A stretch of DNA of 64,000 nt. Origin: Selaginella moellendorffii. Its lineage: Eukaryota; Plantae; Lycopodiophyta. Positions 40,632-54,842 of this stretch are shown in pieces. Every line of letters begins with the position of its first letter. Position 1 is the stretch's first letter. A program made the translations under genes and the position numbers. The notes under the pieces are model-generated. The model was given only the letters and a program-made list of their open reading frames with translations. It was not told the origin of the DNA and did no database searches. The stretch spans positions 1,871,471-1,935,470 of the forward strand of contig NW_003314285.1 in NCBI RefSeq assembly GCF_000143415.4. The letters are read 5' to 3'.

Positions 40632-41148
40632 AGTGGACTCTTTGACTATCGTGGACTGATCGAACATTTTGACTGACTTTGGACTGGCAACTGTGATTGC
40701 GTGGGCGTTGCGTACAGTGGGCGGGGCATACGTATTTATGGACATTGGTACTACAGTCCTTTCGCCGATCAAACTGGTCCTACCAGAACAAACGATGTAG
40801 AAATCTTCGTTCTCTGTGTTTTCTTGCGAGCGAGCATCTTTGCTGTGCTCAGCAAAGGGAATCAAAGCGCCCTCCCTTCTTTCCTTTCTCCTTTCCAATC
40901 CGGAAGACTTCTTTTGCAATGCAATGTAGCTCGCTGCTGTTCCAGATTTTGTCTCCTTCGCGGTCTTTGCTCAATCCCTCTGTTCTTCCTCGTCTCAATG
41001 GCTCACACCAAACGAGCTATCTAGCAAACAGTCACTAGATTTGCTCTCCCTCCACATCAATTCGATGAAATCTAGGCGAGGAAACCTCGGCGCCAGGGGC
41101 GGGCGCCAGCAAATCCTCCAAATCCACCACCAGATCTCTCAATTCCCC

Positions 41149-43586
41149 ATGATTTCTTGCAGATTTGGCGCACGGATCCATCTGGGTCTCCTACTCCTCG
41201 CGTCCTCCATCGCAATTGGCACCGCCCAGCTCGCCAATCCGCTCAATTGCTCCGACCCAGCAAGGACATGCTCTGCGTTCCTCCATTACATGCTCCCTGT
41301 GGATCAATCGCTCCAGGATGTGGAATCTATGTTTGATGTGTGGCCTCCAGCTATCGCGATCGATAACAACACCATGTTTGCTCCCAGCTCCTCCAATCAA
41401 ACCTCCATCTTCGTGAAGATCACTTGCGGGTGCTCGTCTTCCTCGCGCCTCTACGGCTATACGGTTCGAATCCCATCCCCTCCTCGCGACTTCCAAGGCT
41501 TGGAATGGAAGGAAGCGCAGAATAACACCGCTCCTGGATACAGCTGGCTTCTATGTGGCTGCTCCAGTAACACCTATCCGTACCTGGTGAGCCACGTGGT
41601 CCAGAACAAGGACACGCTGGCGCTCCTTGCCCTCCGGTACGGCACCAATGGGAGCGATATCAGCCAGCTCAACCACATCGACGGCAATGGCGCGTTCTTG
41701 GCCAGCGGGGTGGTTTACTACATTCCAGTGACAACACGTACGTAGAGAAGTTTTCTAGGGTTCTTGGATTTCTTCTTCGCTGATTCTAAATTTCTATGTC
41801 GCCCCGCCAATGCAGCTCCCGGGAGCACCGAGGCGATCGCGCCAGGCTTGGATGGCGGCGCGCAGGAGCAGCGTAAGCTTTTGTAGAGATTTCTTGAGAG
41901 GTTTTTCACGGGTTTTAGGGAATCCAGCGGTTTTTGGCGGAAAGAGAAGGAAATCTCGATTGCCACTGGGTGCTGTTGTCGGGATCGCAGGTTCTGGGGC
42001 GCTCGTGATTGCATTGGCGCTGGGGTGTGCGATTTATTCCGCAAGACGATGTTTCTTGCGAGAGCCAAAGGAGTTTCCAGTCGCCAAAACACCCGCATTT
42101 TCCAAAGGTATCTGTTCTTCAAAGGAAACGAGCAAAAACATTCCTTTATATCATTTTTTTCTTCTCAGAGCTCATGAGCAAAGTGACGAATGTTGAGAAG
42201 CCTTTGGTATTTTCCTACGAGGAAATCGAAGCAGCCACAGACTGCTTCAAGGAGAGCAAAAAGCTCGGGCAGGGAGCTTACGGCTCGGTGTTTCATGGGA
42301 ATCTTCGTAATCAGGTATATGAGAAATAGTTGTGGAAAACGTTGAACTGATGAGAGTTTTCAGGAAGTGGCAGTAAAGAGAATGAAAGCTACCAAAGCGA
42401 AGGAGTTTATGGTCGAAATTCAAGTCCTCTGCAAGGCTCACCACTTCAACTTGGTAAAGGTTGCTGCAAATTCTACCAAGTCTAACGATTATTTTATTAG
42501 GTGGAGCTTATTGGATATGCTTCCTGTGACGAGGAGCTCTTTCTTGTGTATGAGTTTGCGGAAAACAGGTCGCTCAGTGATAGGCTTCATGAGCCGCTTT
42601 CTAAAGGTATGCATGACGACATGAAATCTCTTCTTAAGTTTCAATGCGTCTCTACACAGGATACACGCCGCTATCATGGGTAACAAGAGTACAAATTGCT
42701 CTGGACGCCGCTAGAGGACTAGAATACATTCATGATCATACAAAGCAGCATTATCTTCACCGAGATATTAAATCAAGCAATATCTTGTTGGATGGTAGCT
42801 TTAGAGCAAAGGTACGTTCTATGATGCGTGAAATCGATTTGTTTTTCTCATTTTTTTCTTGGTGTCCAAAGATCGCAGATTTTGGTTTGGCAAAACTAAT
42901 TGAACAAGGTGAAGAGAATGGGATTCTCACCCGCATCGTAGGAACCTTTGGATATCTTGCTCCGGAGTAAGTACGAGTTTTATAGTTTCAAATTCGATGA
43001 TCTGAGTCATTCTCTATTAAACCAGGTACATGCGTAATGGACATGCCACTACAAAGTCCGATGTGTATTCGTTCGGCGTAGTCCTTTTCGAGCTCATCAC
43101 AGGCCAGGAAGCGATTTCAAAAAGCAGACTCCACATCCCAAGCACCCCGGAAAGACGATCGTTGATCTCCGTTGTAAGCATCGCGTATATGTAGATAGCA
43201 TTTCTCTCTTTCTCTCTTCTGATGCATTCTCTTAGCGCTGCAGATGCTATCAGCGTTGAAAGACGCAACCCCCGTAAGCATTGGAAGGCTAAGGGACGTA
43301 GCGGATCCAACACTGGACAACACATACCCGAGCGAGTGCTTGCACAAAGTAAGTCGCATTCGATTTTTCGATCAAAGAGTACCTTGTGAGATCTAACTGG
43401 CTTTGTTTCGACCGGCTGAAGGTGTCAGTTCTTGGCAAGCAGTGCGTGGAGGAAGACCCTCTGCTGAGGCCTGACATGAAGCAGGTCGTGTTCACGCTCT
43501 CTCACGTTTTGTTTAACTCCATTGAGTGGGAAGCTACACTGGCAGGCAACAGCCAAGTTTTTAGCGGAATAATGCAGGGAAGATAG
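41149..43586 (+). CDS. LYK3: LysM receptor-like kinase, LYK3-type
   Basis: Signal peptide, CxC linkers, LysM ([19 protein letters not shown]), TM, RD kinase, C-terminus [22 protein letters not shown] typical of the LYK3 clade. Confidence 0.88.
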
Positions 43587-43900
43587 TTTGTGAGAAGATC
43601 GTCGTACTATAGCCTACTGGCTGGCTACATACGACATTGTATTCTAGATCCATGGTACGTTTTTTCAATGAAGGCTGAGACGCTCTCGATCTTCTTTCTC
43701 TCTCGCTTTATTATTGATAATGTTAGTGAAGGATCAACAATTTCACAGGGTTGACGGACGATGTCAAAGGTTAGCTATTCACATCGAGCAAGACTTATCA
43801 ATGTTGTCTTTTTGCGCTTGTGTTGGTGGCCGTCCTTATGCTTTTGGAATGTCACAGTGTAGGGGTAAAGAAGAAAATGGCGCGCCTTGCAAGCTACTAC

Positions 43901-44847
43901 TTACTGCAGGTGAAAAATGTAAATCATAGTACTCGTGTTACTGACACTTGAAAGGCGATGTTTTTGCAGGACGTACCTCGTAGCTTTCCAGCTGCGGGAG
44001 ATGAGAAAAGGGATCCTGGTACGTGTTTCTACTGCTCTCGATGCTGGGATTCAAAGTTTCGTGCTTGTACGAGAAGAGATCCACAGGCTGCTGTTGCATT
44101 TGCATGCAGCTGCTGCTGGACGCCGCCATGTTTTGCTGCTGCTGCTGGTGTTGCTGCAGCTGCTGCTGCTGCTGGTGCTCGTCGTAGAGATATGAACAAG
44201 AGCCCGTGCTCTGGCATCGCTGCGGCGGCCTCTTCTTGAACATCCGGCACACCACCCATCCTTCCTCCTGCGAAAAATTGGGGTACTTTTAAGATGAGAA
44301 AGATAGATTCCAAGTTTCTAGCTTACGCTGCCGCTTTGCTCGTCCTCCAGCCGGTACTCGTGCATTATCCAGTCGGTCTTCTGCCCGTTTGGCGCCCGTC
44401 CCTTGTAGAACACCAGCGTCTTCCTCATCCCAATCAGCTTGAACTTGGTGTGGATGGCTTTGTCCCTCCCTGTTGCCTTCCAGAACCCCGCTGTTGTGGC
44501 CCTGTTGGTTCGGCTCCCGGTCGGATACTTCTTGTCTTTGTGGCTGAAGAAGTACCACTCGCTCTGATCTGCCGAGCTCGCGCAATCCTCTGTGATCCCA
44601 ACCTTTGTCAAAGATTTACCATTCTTGCAGAAGTTGGAATGCTCTAGAGTCTAGAGGCTACAAATTCTTCCATACCTTGCAGGTCCCATGGCTCCATCTT
44701 GTAGAGATCAATGTCCCGGATTATGTCGAGATCGATGGCCTCCGAGGACACCTTCTTGTACAGGTAGTAGCCAACGAGCTCCTCGTCCGTGGGGTGGAAC
44801 CGAAAACCCGGAGGGACGTGCGAGTGGCCGTGCATAAACGGAGACAT
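43901..44847 (-). CDS. NAC transcription factor, VNS (VND/NST/SMB) class
   Basis: [51 protein letters not shown], poly-Q, LPQLES box. 3' end is either a spliced TAA at 43901 or an unspliced stop at 43938. Confidence 0.9.
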
Positions 44848-45166
44848 TCCTGTCCTGCAACAAAACTAAACCCGTAAGTACAAATCTAAGCGCGAAGTTA
44901 TTGGATCGTGAATTCTCGGGTGATTGCATTACTCGCTGCTGCTTCGATGGAGCTCGGCTATGTCAGTTCATCCAGCTCTTGGGACAAAGCTCAGATCCCG
45001 AAAGAAAGAAGCTCAAATGATGGAAGCTGGAGCTCTTTTGGATGGAATTCGAGAGGTGCCAGCACTGTGCAAATGCCACCAAAAGGGTAAGAGGAGAGAG
45101 CGAAAGAAAGACTATGGAAGAGATTCGAAGTGGTGTGCATGGGAAGGAAGGGAAAACCAAACCTTG

Positions 45167-45200
45167 GAAGAAGAAGAAGAAGAAGAAGAAGAAGAAGAAG
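45167..45200 (+). repeat. (GAA)11 microsatellite upstream of the NAC gene
   Basis: Directly visible. Confidence 0.95.
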
Positions 45201-45548
45201 CCTTGCACAAGTCAGTGAGTGAATAAAATACTGATTTCCAACCAACTTATGAGTGCCAGGCAAGTCACCTTTGGGTATTCATTTCCGAGATGAATCAAGG
45301 TTGGCTTGCTGTGCAAGAAAATGGCGGTGCGGGTCATTTTACTTGCCTTAATCTGCTCACTGCAGCATCTTCCGATTACTTGTTTTGCATTCCCGGTGTT
45401 TACACTCGCTTAATTTCAGTTAATTTGTGTGCTACAAATGTTAGATATTTTCTTGTGTCTGTAATGTTATAGATCTTTCTGTTCCCAGTTGTTAAACTTT
45501 TACTATTCAAAACAAAAATGAATATTCTAAGAGCATATTATATCATTA

Positions 45549-45587
45549 TGGTGTGAGAGGTCCCGAGTTCAATTCTCGGTATGCCGG
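45549..45587 (+). pseudogene. 3' half of a tRNA-Pro-like sequence (truncated tRNA/SINE remnant)
   Basis: ggtgtgagaggtcccgagttcaattctcggtatgcc matches the plant tRNA-Pro 3' half including the B box, followed by TTTT. No D-arm or A box. Confidence 0.65.
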
Positions 45588-46576
45588 TCACTTTTGCACT
45601 CTTACCTTACCCGACCCGACCTTAATGGTGTAGGTTTATCCTAAGTTAAGCACTGTGTAAAAGTGCGGGAACCCTAACCTAACGAATGTAAAATTTAACC
45701 CCTTTGTTAAACTCAGTTACTATTGCTTCTAAAAGTCTCAGGAAAAGGACTGCTTTGTCAAGAGGTAAATCTCTTAACCAAGCTAAGTGAGAAATGCTCA
45801 AAGGAGATAATCATATTGTTATGATTTATATTCCATGGATGATACGAATATCCACCAGCCTATTCCCCGTGCGGGAGACAATGGCTTCAGGTTGTTGAGC
45901 TCTTCCTTCTCCAGCGGGTAAGAGCCACTGGAATCGACGCAAAGGTTTTGGGATCCACAGGATTTGGATCGCGAGAGAACAAGTCTCTTCCTTTTTAAGG
46001 GCTGTGTTTGATGGAATTCTCCACCGCGATATAATTCTGTTGGGCTGCCAGTGGCTCATTATTTGATCGCCAAAATGTGGGCGAGCCTTCTAAAGAACAA
46101 GCTCTCACATCCTTTTTGCTAAACTTTGGGAGAAAAATAGATGCAGAGACATGGAGCTCTCAAGTTTTAAGGTCTAGGTTGTGGCAACACAGGCATGGCG
46201 ATGGGAGTGAGACGTGATCCTCTCCTCTCCCTGGGCATCGAGCTTTTCTTTTCTTTGGATTGCCGAGATAATTTGCTTGGAAAGGCTTGGCCAAGGTCCG
46301 TCCTCTGCTATTATATTCGTATAACATTAACATTAATGTAATGCACTGATATGTGATTTAGGCGTGGCGGTAGGAATTGGTATGCTACGTGTGATGGAGC
46401 AGTGGAGCTTGGGCATGGCAATGCACTAGGCAAATTGGTGAGGCATTTAAAATCTTGAGCATTTGGGTCTTGTAAATTACTTCAAAATACATGAATATTC
46501 TAAGAGGATATTTATAGTTCCAATCCAAAACATTCACTCATGAAGTTAGTATAACTCGTTTTTTTACAGAGCCTTT

Positions 46577-48830
46577 TTAAACTGGGAGTGGAGCATCCTC
46601 TGGAGCTGTAGGCACCTTGTTGAGCGCAGGGATGTCTGTGAACTCCGACAGCAGCGCTCTAAACTCGTCACCCGCCATCGTCTCCTTCTCCAGCAAAACT
46701 TCGACGATCTTGTCGATGGCGGCTCTGTTCTTCCGAATGTGACCCAGCGCGATCTCGTACGCCTTGTCCGCGATGGATTTCACAGACCTGTCGATGTCCT
46801 CGGCGAGCTTCTCCGACATGCTGTTGCGCGCCATCATCCGCATGATCACGTCGCCACCTTGTGCCGAGGGATCGACGAGCGACCAAGGACCGATCTCCGA
46901 CATTCCAAACACCGTCACCATCTGCAAAAAATCATCGTCGTGACCTCAGCCTCTCCCAGTGGATTCATGGAATGGAGCACGCAAAGTACCTGGCGAGCCA
47001 TCTGTGTGACTTGCTGCAGATCGCCCGCAGCACCGGTTGTCATCTCTGGCTCTCCAAAGATAACCTCTTCCGCAGCTCGGCCACCCAGGGCTCCCACGAC
47101 TCTGGCGAAGATTTGCTGCTTGGAGATAAGAGTTGGATCTTCACCTGGTATGAACCATGTCAATCCGCGAGCTTGTCCTCGTGGAACCAGGCTCAGTTTC
47201 TGGACGGGATCGTGTCCCGGTGTCAGTGTTCTGCAAAACACATTGTAAGTCATGGAAGACTGAAAACGTAGCCGGATACTTACGCACAAACAGCGTGACC
47301 GACTTCGTGATAAGCAACCAGGCTTTTCACTTTCCCATCGGTCATGACGGTTCCTTCCATTCCAGCTACAATCCTGTCGATGGAGTCATCCACCTCTTTT
47401 GCGGATATCGCAGTTCTTCCTCTTCTCCCAGCCAGGATTGCTGCCTCGTTCAGAAGGTTCGCAAGGTCCGCTCCACTGAAGCCAGGAGTTCTCATTGCAA
47501 CAATGTCCAGCTTGACGTCCTCTTCAAACTTTTTGTTTGCTCCGTGAACTTTCAGAATCTCAGTTCTGCCTCTCACGTCTGGCACATCTACAGTCACCTA
47601 TCGAAGGAAAGAAAAATCATTTAGGATGAACGAGCATTGCATCTTCAGACTTACCTGTCTGTCAAATCTTCCTGGCCTCAGCAGTGCAGCGTCGAGAATA
47701 TCTGACCTGTTGGTGGCGGCGATCACTATAACACCCGTGTTGCCTTCAAAGCCATCCATCTCCGTTAACAGCTGGTTCAAAGTTTGCTCTCGTTCATCGT
47801 TTCCTCCTCCGATTCCTGTGCCTCTCTGCCTTCCCACCGCATCAATCTCGTCGACGAAAACAATGCATGGAGCATTCTCCTTGGCCTTCTTGAACAGGTC
47901 CCGCACTCTCGAAGCTCCAACCCCGACAAACATCTCCACAAACTCTGACCCCGAGATTGAGAAAAACGGCACGCCAGCTTCTCCTGCAATGGCCTTGGCC
48001 AGCAAAGTTTTCCCCGTCCCTGGAGGCCCAACCAGCAGCACACCTTTCGGTATCTTTGCACCCACAGCAGTAAACCTCTCGGGCTTCTTTAGAAACTCTA
48101 CCACCTCCATGAAATCCTGCTTTGCCTCGTCAACTCCAGCAACATCCGCAAACGTCACCCCAGTGTTTGGTTCCATCTGGAACTTGGCCTTGGACTTTCC
48201 AAAAGCCAGAGGATTCCCTGGACCGCCCGGCATTCCTCCACCTCCTCTTCGTGACAAAAGAAAGAGCCCACCCACGAGCAAAAGAGGAAACGCTAAGTTT
48301 CCAAGCAAGTTGACGACGGTGGAACCCAGATCCTCCTGTGGTATATGAGCAGCAAAGTCGATGTTCTTCTCCCGGAATTTTTGTAGCAGCTCTTGGTTTA
48401 ATCCTGGAAGCTGGACTCTCACTCTCTGGATCCTGTTTCCAAGCTCGGGTGACACAGCTTCCACGATTGCCACTGTTCCATTCTCAAAAAGATCCACCTT
48501 TTTAACTCGATCCATGTCCAAGTATTCCAGAAATCTCGAGTAGGACATCCTTGACGAGGCCACCCCTTGCTGTTCTTCCGCTGCTCTAGCCTTTTGAGCC
48601 ACCAAGGACGAGATTCCAGCCACGCCTAGACCGATCTTTCTCAGCAATCCTCTCCTACCGGTGCTACTGGCACTAGAATCTTGCTGCTGGGATGCGGCAA
48701 CATGGATTCTCGAGCTCTGCACTGCCAGAGGCTGGATGCTTACCGCGAGCTTGTGGCCGAGGTAATCCTTGCCCAGCGCGCTGGAGCTAGGGCTTCGAAT
48801 CGCCACAACGCTGGCTGTGGCCGACGCCAT
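46577..48830 (-). CDS. FTSH2: thylakoid ATP-dependent zinc metalloprotease FtsH2/8 (type B)
   Basis: Transit peptide with [23 protein letters not shown] Walker A, VFVDEID, HEVGH zinc motif, [18 protein letters not shown]. Confidence 0.96.
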
Positions 48831-49079
48831 TGCTAGACGATCGTGGATTCCAATGCGAGCTACACTGCTAATGCGAGGATTTGGAGTTCTAGAGTCCCTA
48901 AAATACCTTGGTGGATCGCGCAATGCGATGTGTGGAGCGCTTGGCTCCTGGCTTGGCGCCTTGACACAACGATACGTGCTTCTAGACTGGAGGATACGTG
49001 GCACAAAGAAAACTAGTGGCCATTACTGTCCGACGTGGCGCAAGCATACGTGGCGGACATTAGACAAAGGAGTAACTTA

Positions 49080-50750
49080 ATGCTTTATAAAGTGTATGTA
49101 AGTATTCTCTTATTAAACATGTTCTTTGACTTTCTCTCCACTTATATGGCATGTTTTTTCCACAAATACATACATTATTTGCCTTCCTTAGTGTGTTTGC
49201 CTTTATTTTTTTTCAAATTTCCATAAAAATTTGACCAAATTTAAATAAAATATTTTAAATTTCAAACAATGCACATTCTAAATTTATTCTATGTTCCTTT
49301 AGCTAAAATTTATTATTTTAATGCATTTTAATATAACATATGGATAAAATGAGTTTTGCCAACTTTTTCATTTATTCTTTGTTAATATTAAAGTTTTTAA
49401 AGCATTTATTTTTTATGTTTTTCTACCTAATAAATTTTTTTTTTCTATACTATTAAATTTTTTTTATATTATCTAAGTTTTATTTCTTTTAAAGATGTAC
49501 CATAATTATAGATGTGTTGTTGAAATTTTACTATAATATAAATAAAATCATTTGGTCTAAGTTTAAAATATAAAACTTTCTATTGTATCATTTCTAAGTT
49601 ATTATCAATTATTGATAAAAAAGCTTTTTCATTAGGAAAATCTTGTAATATATTTATTATCTTTTGTTGTACAGTAACTTTTATAACTTTTGATAGAGGA
49701 ATGACTTGTCTAATAAAAAATAATGGTATTTATCAAATTAACAATGATAATACTAGATTATTAGAGAAATCTTTTGTTGAGGAAGTAACTTTTATAATTT
49801 TTAATATAAAATCTCATTAAATTATATAAATCATTCATTATCATTCATTTTCATGTATGAAAAAGTTAGTAATAATATTTTATTATCAAATTAAATACAT
49901 TATTGATGATAAAATTTTATATTTTTTGGTTGTTTCAAATCTTTATGATCATGATTTTTATTATAAAATTGGTAAAAATCCACTTTACCACTTTGTCTCC
50001 TCTCATCATCTAGGAACTTATTAACATCTTTATGTAATATATACATAATAAGACTTAAGTTTTATTTGATTTAGATAAATTTTAATCTAAAATATTTTTT
50101 AAAATAAAACTTCATAGATTAATGCATCTTATTAAGCCATGATGGATTTTGAATGATTTTCTTGAATAAATATGAATTTAAATTTATTATTCACCTTTGG
50201 AAATTGATACCATAGAAAAAATGTAAATTTTTTAGTATGATGAAATTAATAGGGAAAAAAAATCAAGGCATGTGCTGAGAGTGGGCAAACATGGGTAAAA
50301 AAAATTGCAAGTGGGAATTACAAGCAAAAGGCATGAGTAAGCAAGTAAAAGGCATGGGCAAAAAGGTGCATCAACAATAGATAGCAACATATGAATGTAT
50401 TATATTATATTTATTTCCTCTTAAACCAATTAAAAATAATAATTACTTAATAAAGAGCCTTTAATGGATATTTCATCTTTATTTATCCCCCAAGATTTTA
50501 AAGATCCACAATAATAGTATATCCATATTTTATCCCATAATCATATGCTTTAGAACAGAAAAAGGTATGCACTAACAGAAAAACAAAATGCCCATATAAA
50601 TGAAATAGTGTATTGTTTAACATAAGGCATAAAAAATAAAAGAGCTGCTATAAAAATTTATGACACTGGAGTAAAGAGCTTATCATTAGCATAAGCATAT
50701 TGTGTGGAAAGCACAATAAAGCATTATACTAGAGTTAAGGGTGTGCTAAA
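49080..50750. mobile_element. very AT-rich degenerate DNA-transposon (MULE/MITE-like) remnants
   Basis: No ORFs. Weak inverted similarity between about 49180-49230 and 50250-50290. Segment 50390-50545 recurs inverted at 57866-58030. Confidence 0.45.
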
Positions 50751-51029
50751 GGATCTTTGGATTGGGAGTGTCTTCATGCTTTAAAACATCTGGGAATTGC
50801 AAGAAGAGTAGAAAAAAGAAACCTGATAAGTCCAAATAATTATAGTGGAGAATCCCAAAAATATTATATCTCTTTGGAAGCCAAACCTAGTGGTAAGTTA
50901 AACCACACAAGTCCACCTTTTTCTAAGACACAAGGCCTACCTTTTTTAAGACATGATTGCTGGCATTGTTTCGTTTGGAAAGGGGTACATTAAGGACAAG
51001 CTTGCTTATTCAGAAAGGAAAACAATTTA

Positions 51030-51300
51030 AGAGCCAACCAAGGAAAGATGGAATGATACAAGGATGTTAATGATGTTTGAGGAAGGATGCAACAAATAGG
51101 CATTTCTAGTGTCCCCACCAATGGCTATTATTTATCTCGAAATTCAATTTTGAATTTTGGATCCTTGATGTTCAACCTACTAGTATTTTAATTTTAAACT
51201 CATCAAAATAAATTTTATGGCAAAGCTAGCATTTGAAAGGATGCCAATGAGGAGTGGCTTCCATGGTTGTAGCATATGCTCAAAATGGGAAGTTTAGAAG
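51030..51300 (+). pseudogene. PLS-PPR gene remnant
   Basis: Frameshifted AFERMP.RS...SMVVAYAQNG motif. Confidence 0.55.
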
Positions 51301-52315
51301 GCCGAGTGTCATGGATAGCTTTGATCTTGGCTTACTTTCTCTTGATTATCCATCAAGAGAGATCTCTTTCATGGTCAGCTTGAAAGCTTTAGAAAGACCT
51401 CTGATTCCTTCTACTTCTGTCCTATCTCCATTCTGGAAAGTCATTTACTCTAGACTGGACAATCGGCTGTAGAATTGGGTGGCGACAAGTGCTAATGACA
51501 ATGACAGGATTGGAGGAACTTTTGGAAGTTCCTCTCAATAAGTTCTCAATACTTGGTCAAGAATGGAAGTCGAACCTTGGAACAATGTCCTTGCAGTAGA
51601 AGGAATTGAAGGTGCTAGAGAAACATGAGAGCTCTGCCTGGTGGCCTGTCAAGCTGGTTTGTCCTATCCCAATTGTTTCATTTTGAACACAAGGCCTGTT
51701 TGTAAGAGGTCAATGGAGCTGGCGTTGCATTCTACATTCTACAGGATGGAGAACTCCTGTAGATGCATTAACGACAAGACTTCTGGATCCAATATCCAGG
51801 AGGCTTTGAAACCAACCATCAGATTGTCGTGGGGTCTATATCCACCTTGGCTCAATTTTGGCAAACTATTCCATGGATAGAGTATAACATTCTAGTGTCA
51901 TTTCGTAATGAATAGTATTCTTTTGTGTTTGGGAAAACTGCAACAAGACAATTACAGTGACTTTTCCACTCACTTTACAGTCAATTAATTAGTATTCAAG
52001 ATCCCAATGCCCAGACCTGCTTAATGACCTGGTGCCTCCTGAAGCAATCTTTTGGCGTCATCTTAACAATCTCCCATCGTAGCACCTGTATATTGTCTAA
52101 AATCTTCAGCAAGTCAGCAATCAATGACAAGCAGTCCATGATTTTAGTTTTGACTTATGTCCTACACCTATTATATATTATTCACCTATTCATATAGGTC
52201 ACAATAGGTCAGCCATTATTCACTTATAAACTTATGTTTGTCATGTACAATGCAATTAACATTAAATCCTCCATAAATTTGGACAAAGGATCTATAAAAA
52301 TCCTATATCTGATTC

Positions 52316-53590
52316 CTAATATGGCAATGCACACATGGTCGTTGTACCGAGTGATATCTCGCTGTACCAGGTGATATCTTTAGTTGTAACCAAAGTAAGA
52401 TTATACTGCACAAGCCCAAATACCTCTCTTAACAACTCTGCTTTAACTGCATCTGTAGCTCCTAAGCAGGATTCAGAGGTAGGATTCTTGGCAAGGTTGC
52501 TCAGGTAGAGAGACCCAGCCATACTTGATCATCCACTTGTTACTAACCACCTCCTCAAAACAATCCCGCTGTTTTCCCAGATATCTCCCTTAAAGAAGGC
52601 AATTAAAGGAGACAGAAGATAAAACCCAGGGACCGGATTCCGACTCCGCGCAGAAGGATTGCACCACTCGGGTCCTAAGAAACTGGCGACCCTGGATGTA
52701 GTGTGAGTTAAACTGTTCCTGTAGATCTTCGAAGTGGGATGCACACATTTTCTTTCCTGGAAGGTAACAGCGATCGGGCTTCATCGAAGACGAGCAACAG
52801 CTTCAAATGTTGGTCTGTCATCTCCCCAACAATTCCCAAAGCAGGGACCTCACGAATATGCCTGTTGAAGACTTCAGTGGCTGAACTGAGTAGTAGCCTC
52901 TATCTTCCCGAGTAGAAGTCCTTGTTCAAGTTCTTTTATCGGCTTCTCCACTCCCGGCCAAAAGCCCTTCCCACTAGATATCGTCATCATGTCTGAAAAC
53001 ACCTGTGGTGTCCAGGGCTCCTCTTTCCTTAGTCCTCCACCCAGCTCCTCAATACATGCAATCCAATAGTCCAGACAGTAGCTCATGCATTTGAGATGGC
53101 CTACGTGATCTCCATTTCCCAGTGCCTTGCACGGTAGCGGAAAGTGCTACTAAATGTTGAAAGCTGAGGATAACAGGTGCCAGAACCCAGCGACAAGTAA
53201 ATGACCCAAACCTGTTTCCTATGTAACCCTCGAACCACCCTTGACTTACCCCAGCCGCTGGACTGGAAGAGACCAACGACACGTGAAAAATCAGTCTCCC
53301 GCTTGATCTTGTTCAGGGCGTCGTAAAGCGAGTCTCAAATGCTTGACCTGTAGCAGCAGCAAACATAAACATTCATGCAAACTGACGCACTTACTCGCCG
53401 TCGTTAGCAGTATGGCATGTAGTGGACGGAAGTCCTTGTACTGCTCCTCCTCCTCCGGTGTTAGCTTGTACCAGCAAGCTCCATGGATATTATCAAACCA
53501 TTCCTTGCCGTTTAGCTTCTCGTGGATGGACTTCCAAGATTCGAAAAGAAGCGTTGGGTACTTCTCCAACACCATTCCCACTTTTAATTC
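52316..53590 (-). pseudogene. disrupted coding-like sequence of unknown family
   Basis: Chain of 65-96 aa ORFs on one strand with protein-like composition and higher GC than the flanks, broken by stops and frameshifts. No recognised motif. Confidence 0.3.
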
Positions 53591-54842
53591 CCTATGTGAA
53601 ATTATTTGTTTACCTTTGAATCAATGGACATTTCAAATATATGTTTACGACTGTGAGAACGATCAGTACAAAAGAACTTGGCTGAGATTGGCATGGCATC
53701 CATAGCCCGTGCAAAACTTCTTGCCAATCAATTGCTAGCATCTGGTGATCGCCAGCCATGGCAAGTTCCAGCGCGTCTAGAAACCACTGCCTGGAGCTGC
53801 TCCACAATCTTGTGCATCCTGGACGCAGGGAATAGAATGGTTGAAGACATCAGGCATGCCCGTTGCCAAGATAGAGGAGTTCTTCACTCTCCTTCTGACA
53901 ATGGCGATGCACTGTGAATTGCTTCCCTACGAAATACCTTTACTCACCCTTCAACTAAATCTAGAATATTCTATTTGTGGATGTGAGAAATGTTCCAAGG
54001 GATCTGCAGTGAATTTTCAAGCAGCAAATCTTCATGTTAGAAATTTTGATGATCTACAGGTTTATTTATTTTCTGAAAAAGTAGAATAAAAATAATGACA
54101 CCATGTGTAACTTTTATTCCTGCGATGCTTACTGGGATTTATCCCACTCAGAGTTAGTAATAATGCAAGAGTTGGGGAATCTGGCAATTTTATTATGTTT
54201 TTATCGCCTTTTCAAAAAAGGCCCACAACCCTAAACACGACTCTATTATTCAATTGCTTTTAGTTATGTAAATCCCAGAATGTTCTCCATTAGATTCATG
54301 ATCATGTGGGAAATAAAAAGATCTTTTTTCCTAAACAAAGTTCTAGACTGAATGATTAACTCCATAAACCTTAGGTATTTTCAGTTTTCATTCATGCCTT
54401 ATGAAATGATTGTAGTTTTATATTCATTGATTCATGTGGGATATTGAATCCACCAATTAAAATAGACTTGTTTACAAACTTTTCACAATCTGGTCAATAG
54501 AAACACCCGTCTTCTTTCCAGCAATGCACTTGTGTCTAGATTTGATTCCTTTCACGTGAAGAAACCTTGAATATTTCTTGCCGTGATCATCAATACCTCC
54601 ACTTTAAACGGACAAGATCAATCGATTTAAAGGCCTTCTCTCATCTCTGGTACACATAAGCAGGAGCTACAGAGCCAAGGATACTTTTCCTTTTGTAATA
54701 TTCTTAGCTCTTTCAAGTGTTGCAATGTGGTTGGTCATGAAAAAATCTCTCTTCTTACAACTTTGGACTTGCAGCATTTATAAGGATTGCAAGCAAGCAT
54801 AGAAGTTCAGAGTTGGAAAAAGAAGTTTATAGAGGAGAGAGA

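Noticed and set aside
40302-41038. ORFs between the two receptor kinases
   Set aside because: Overlap the RLK 3' end and the LYK promoter/UTR. No motif or coding signature.
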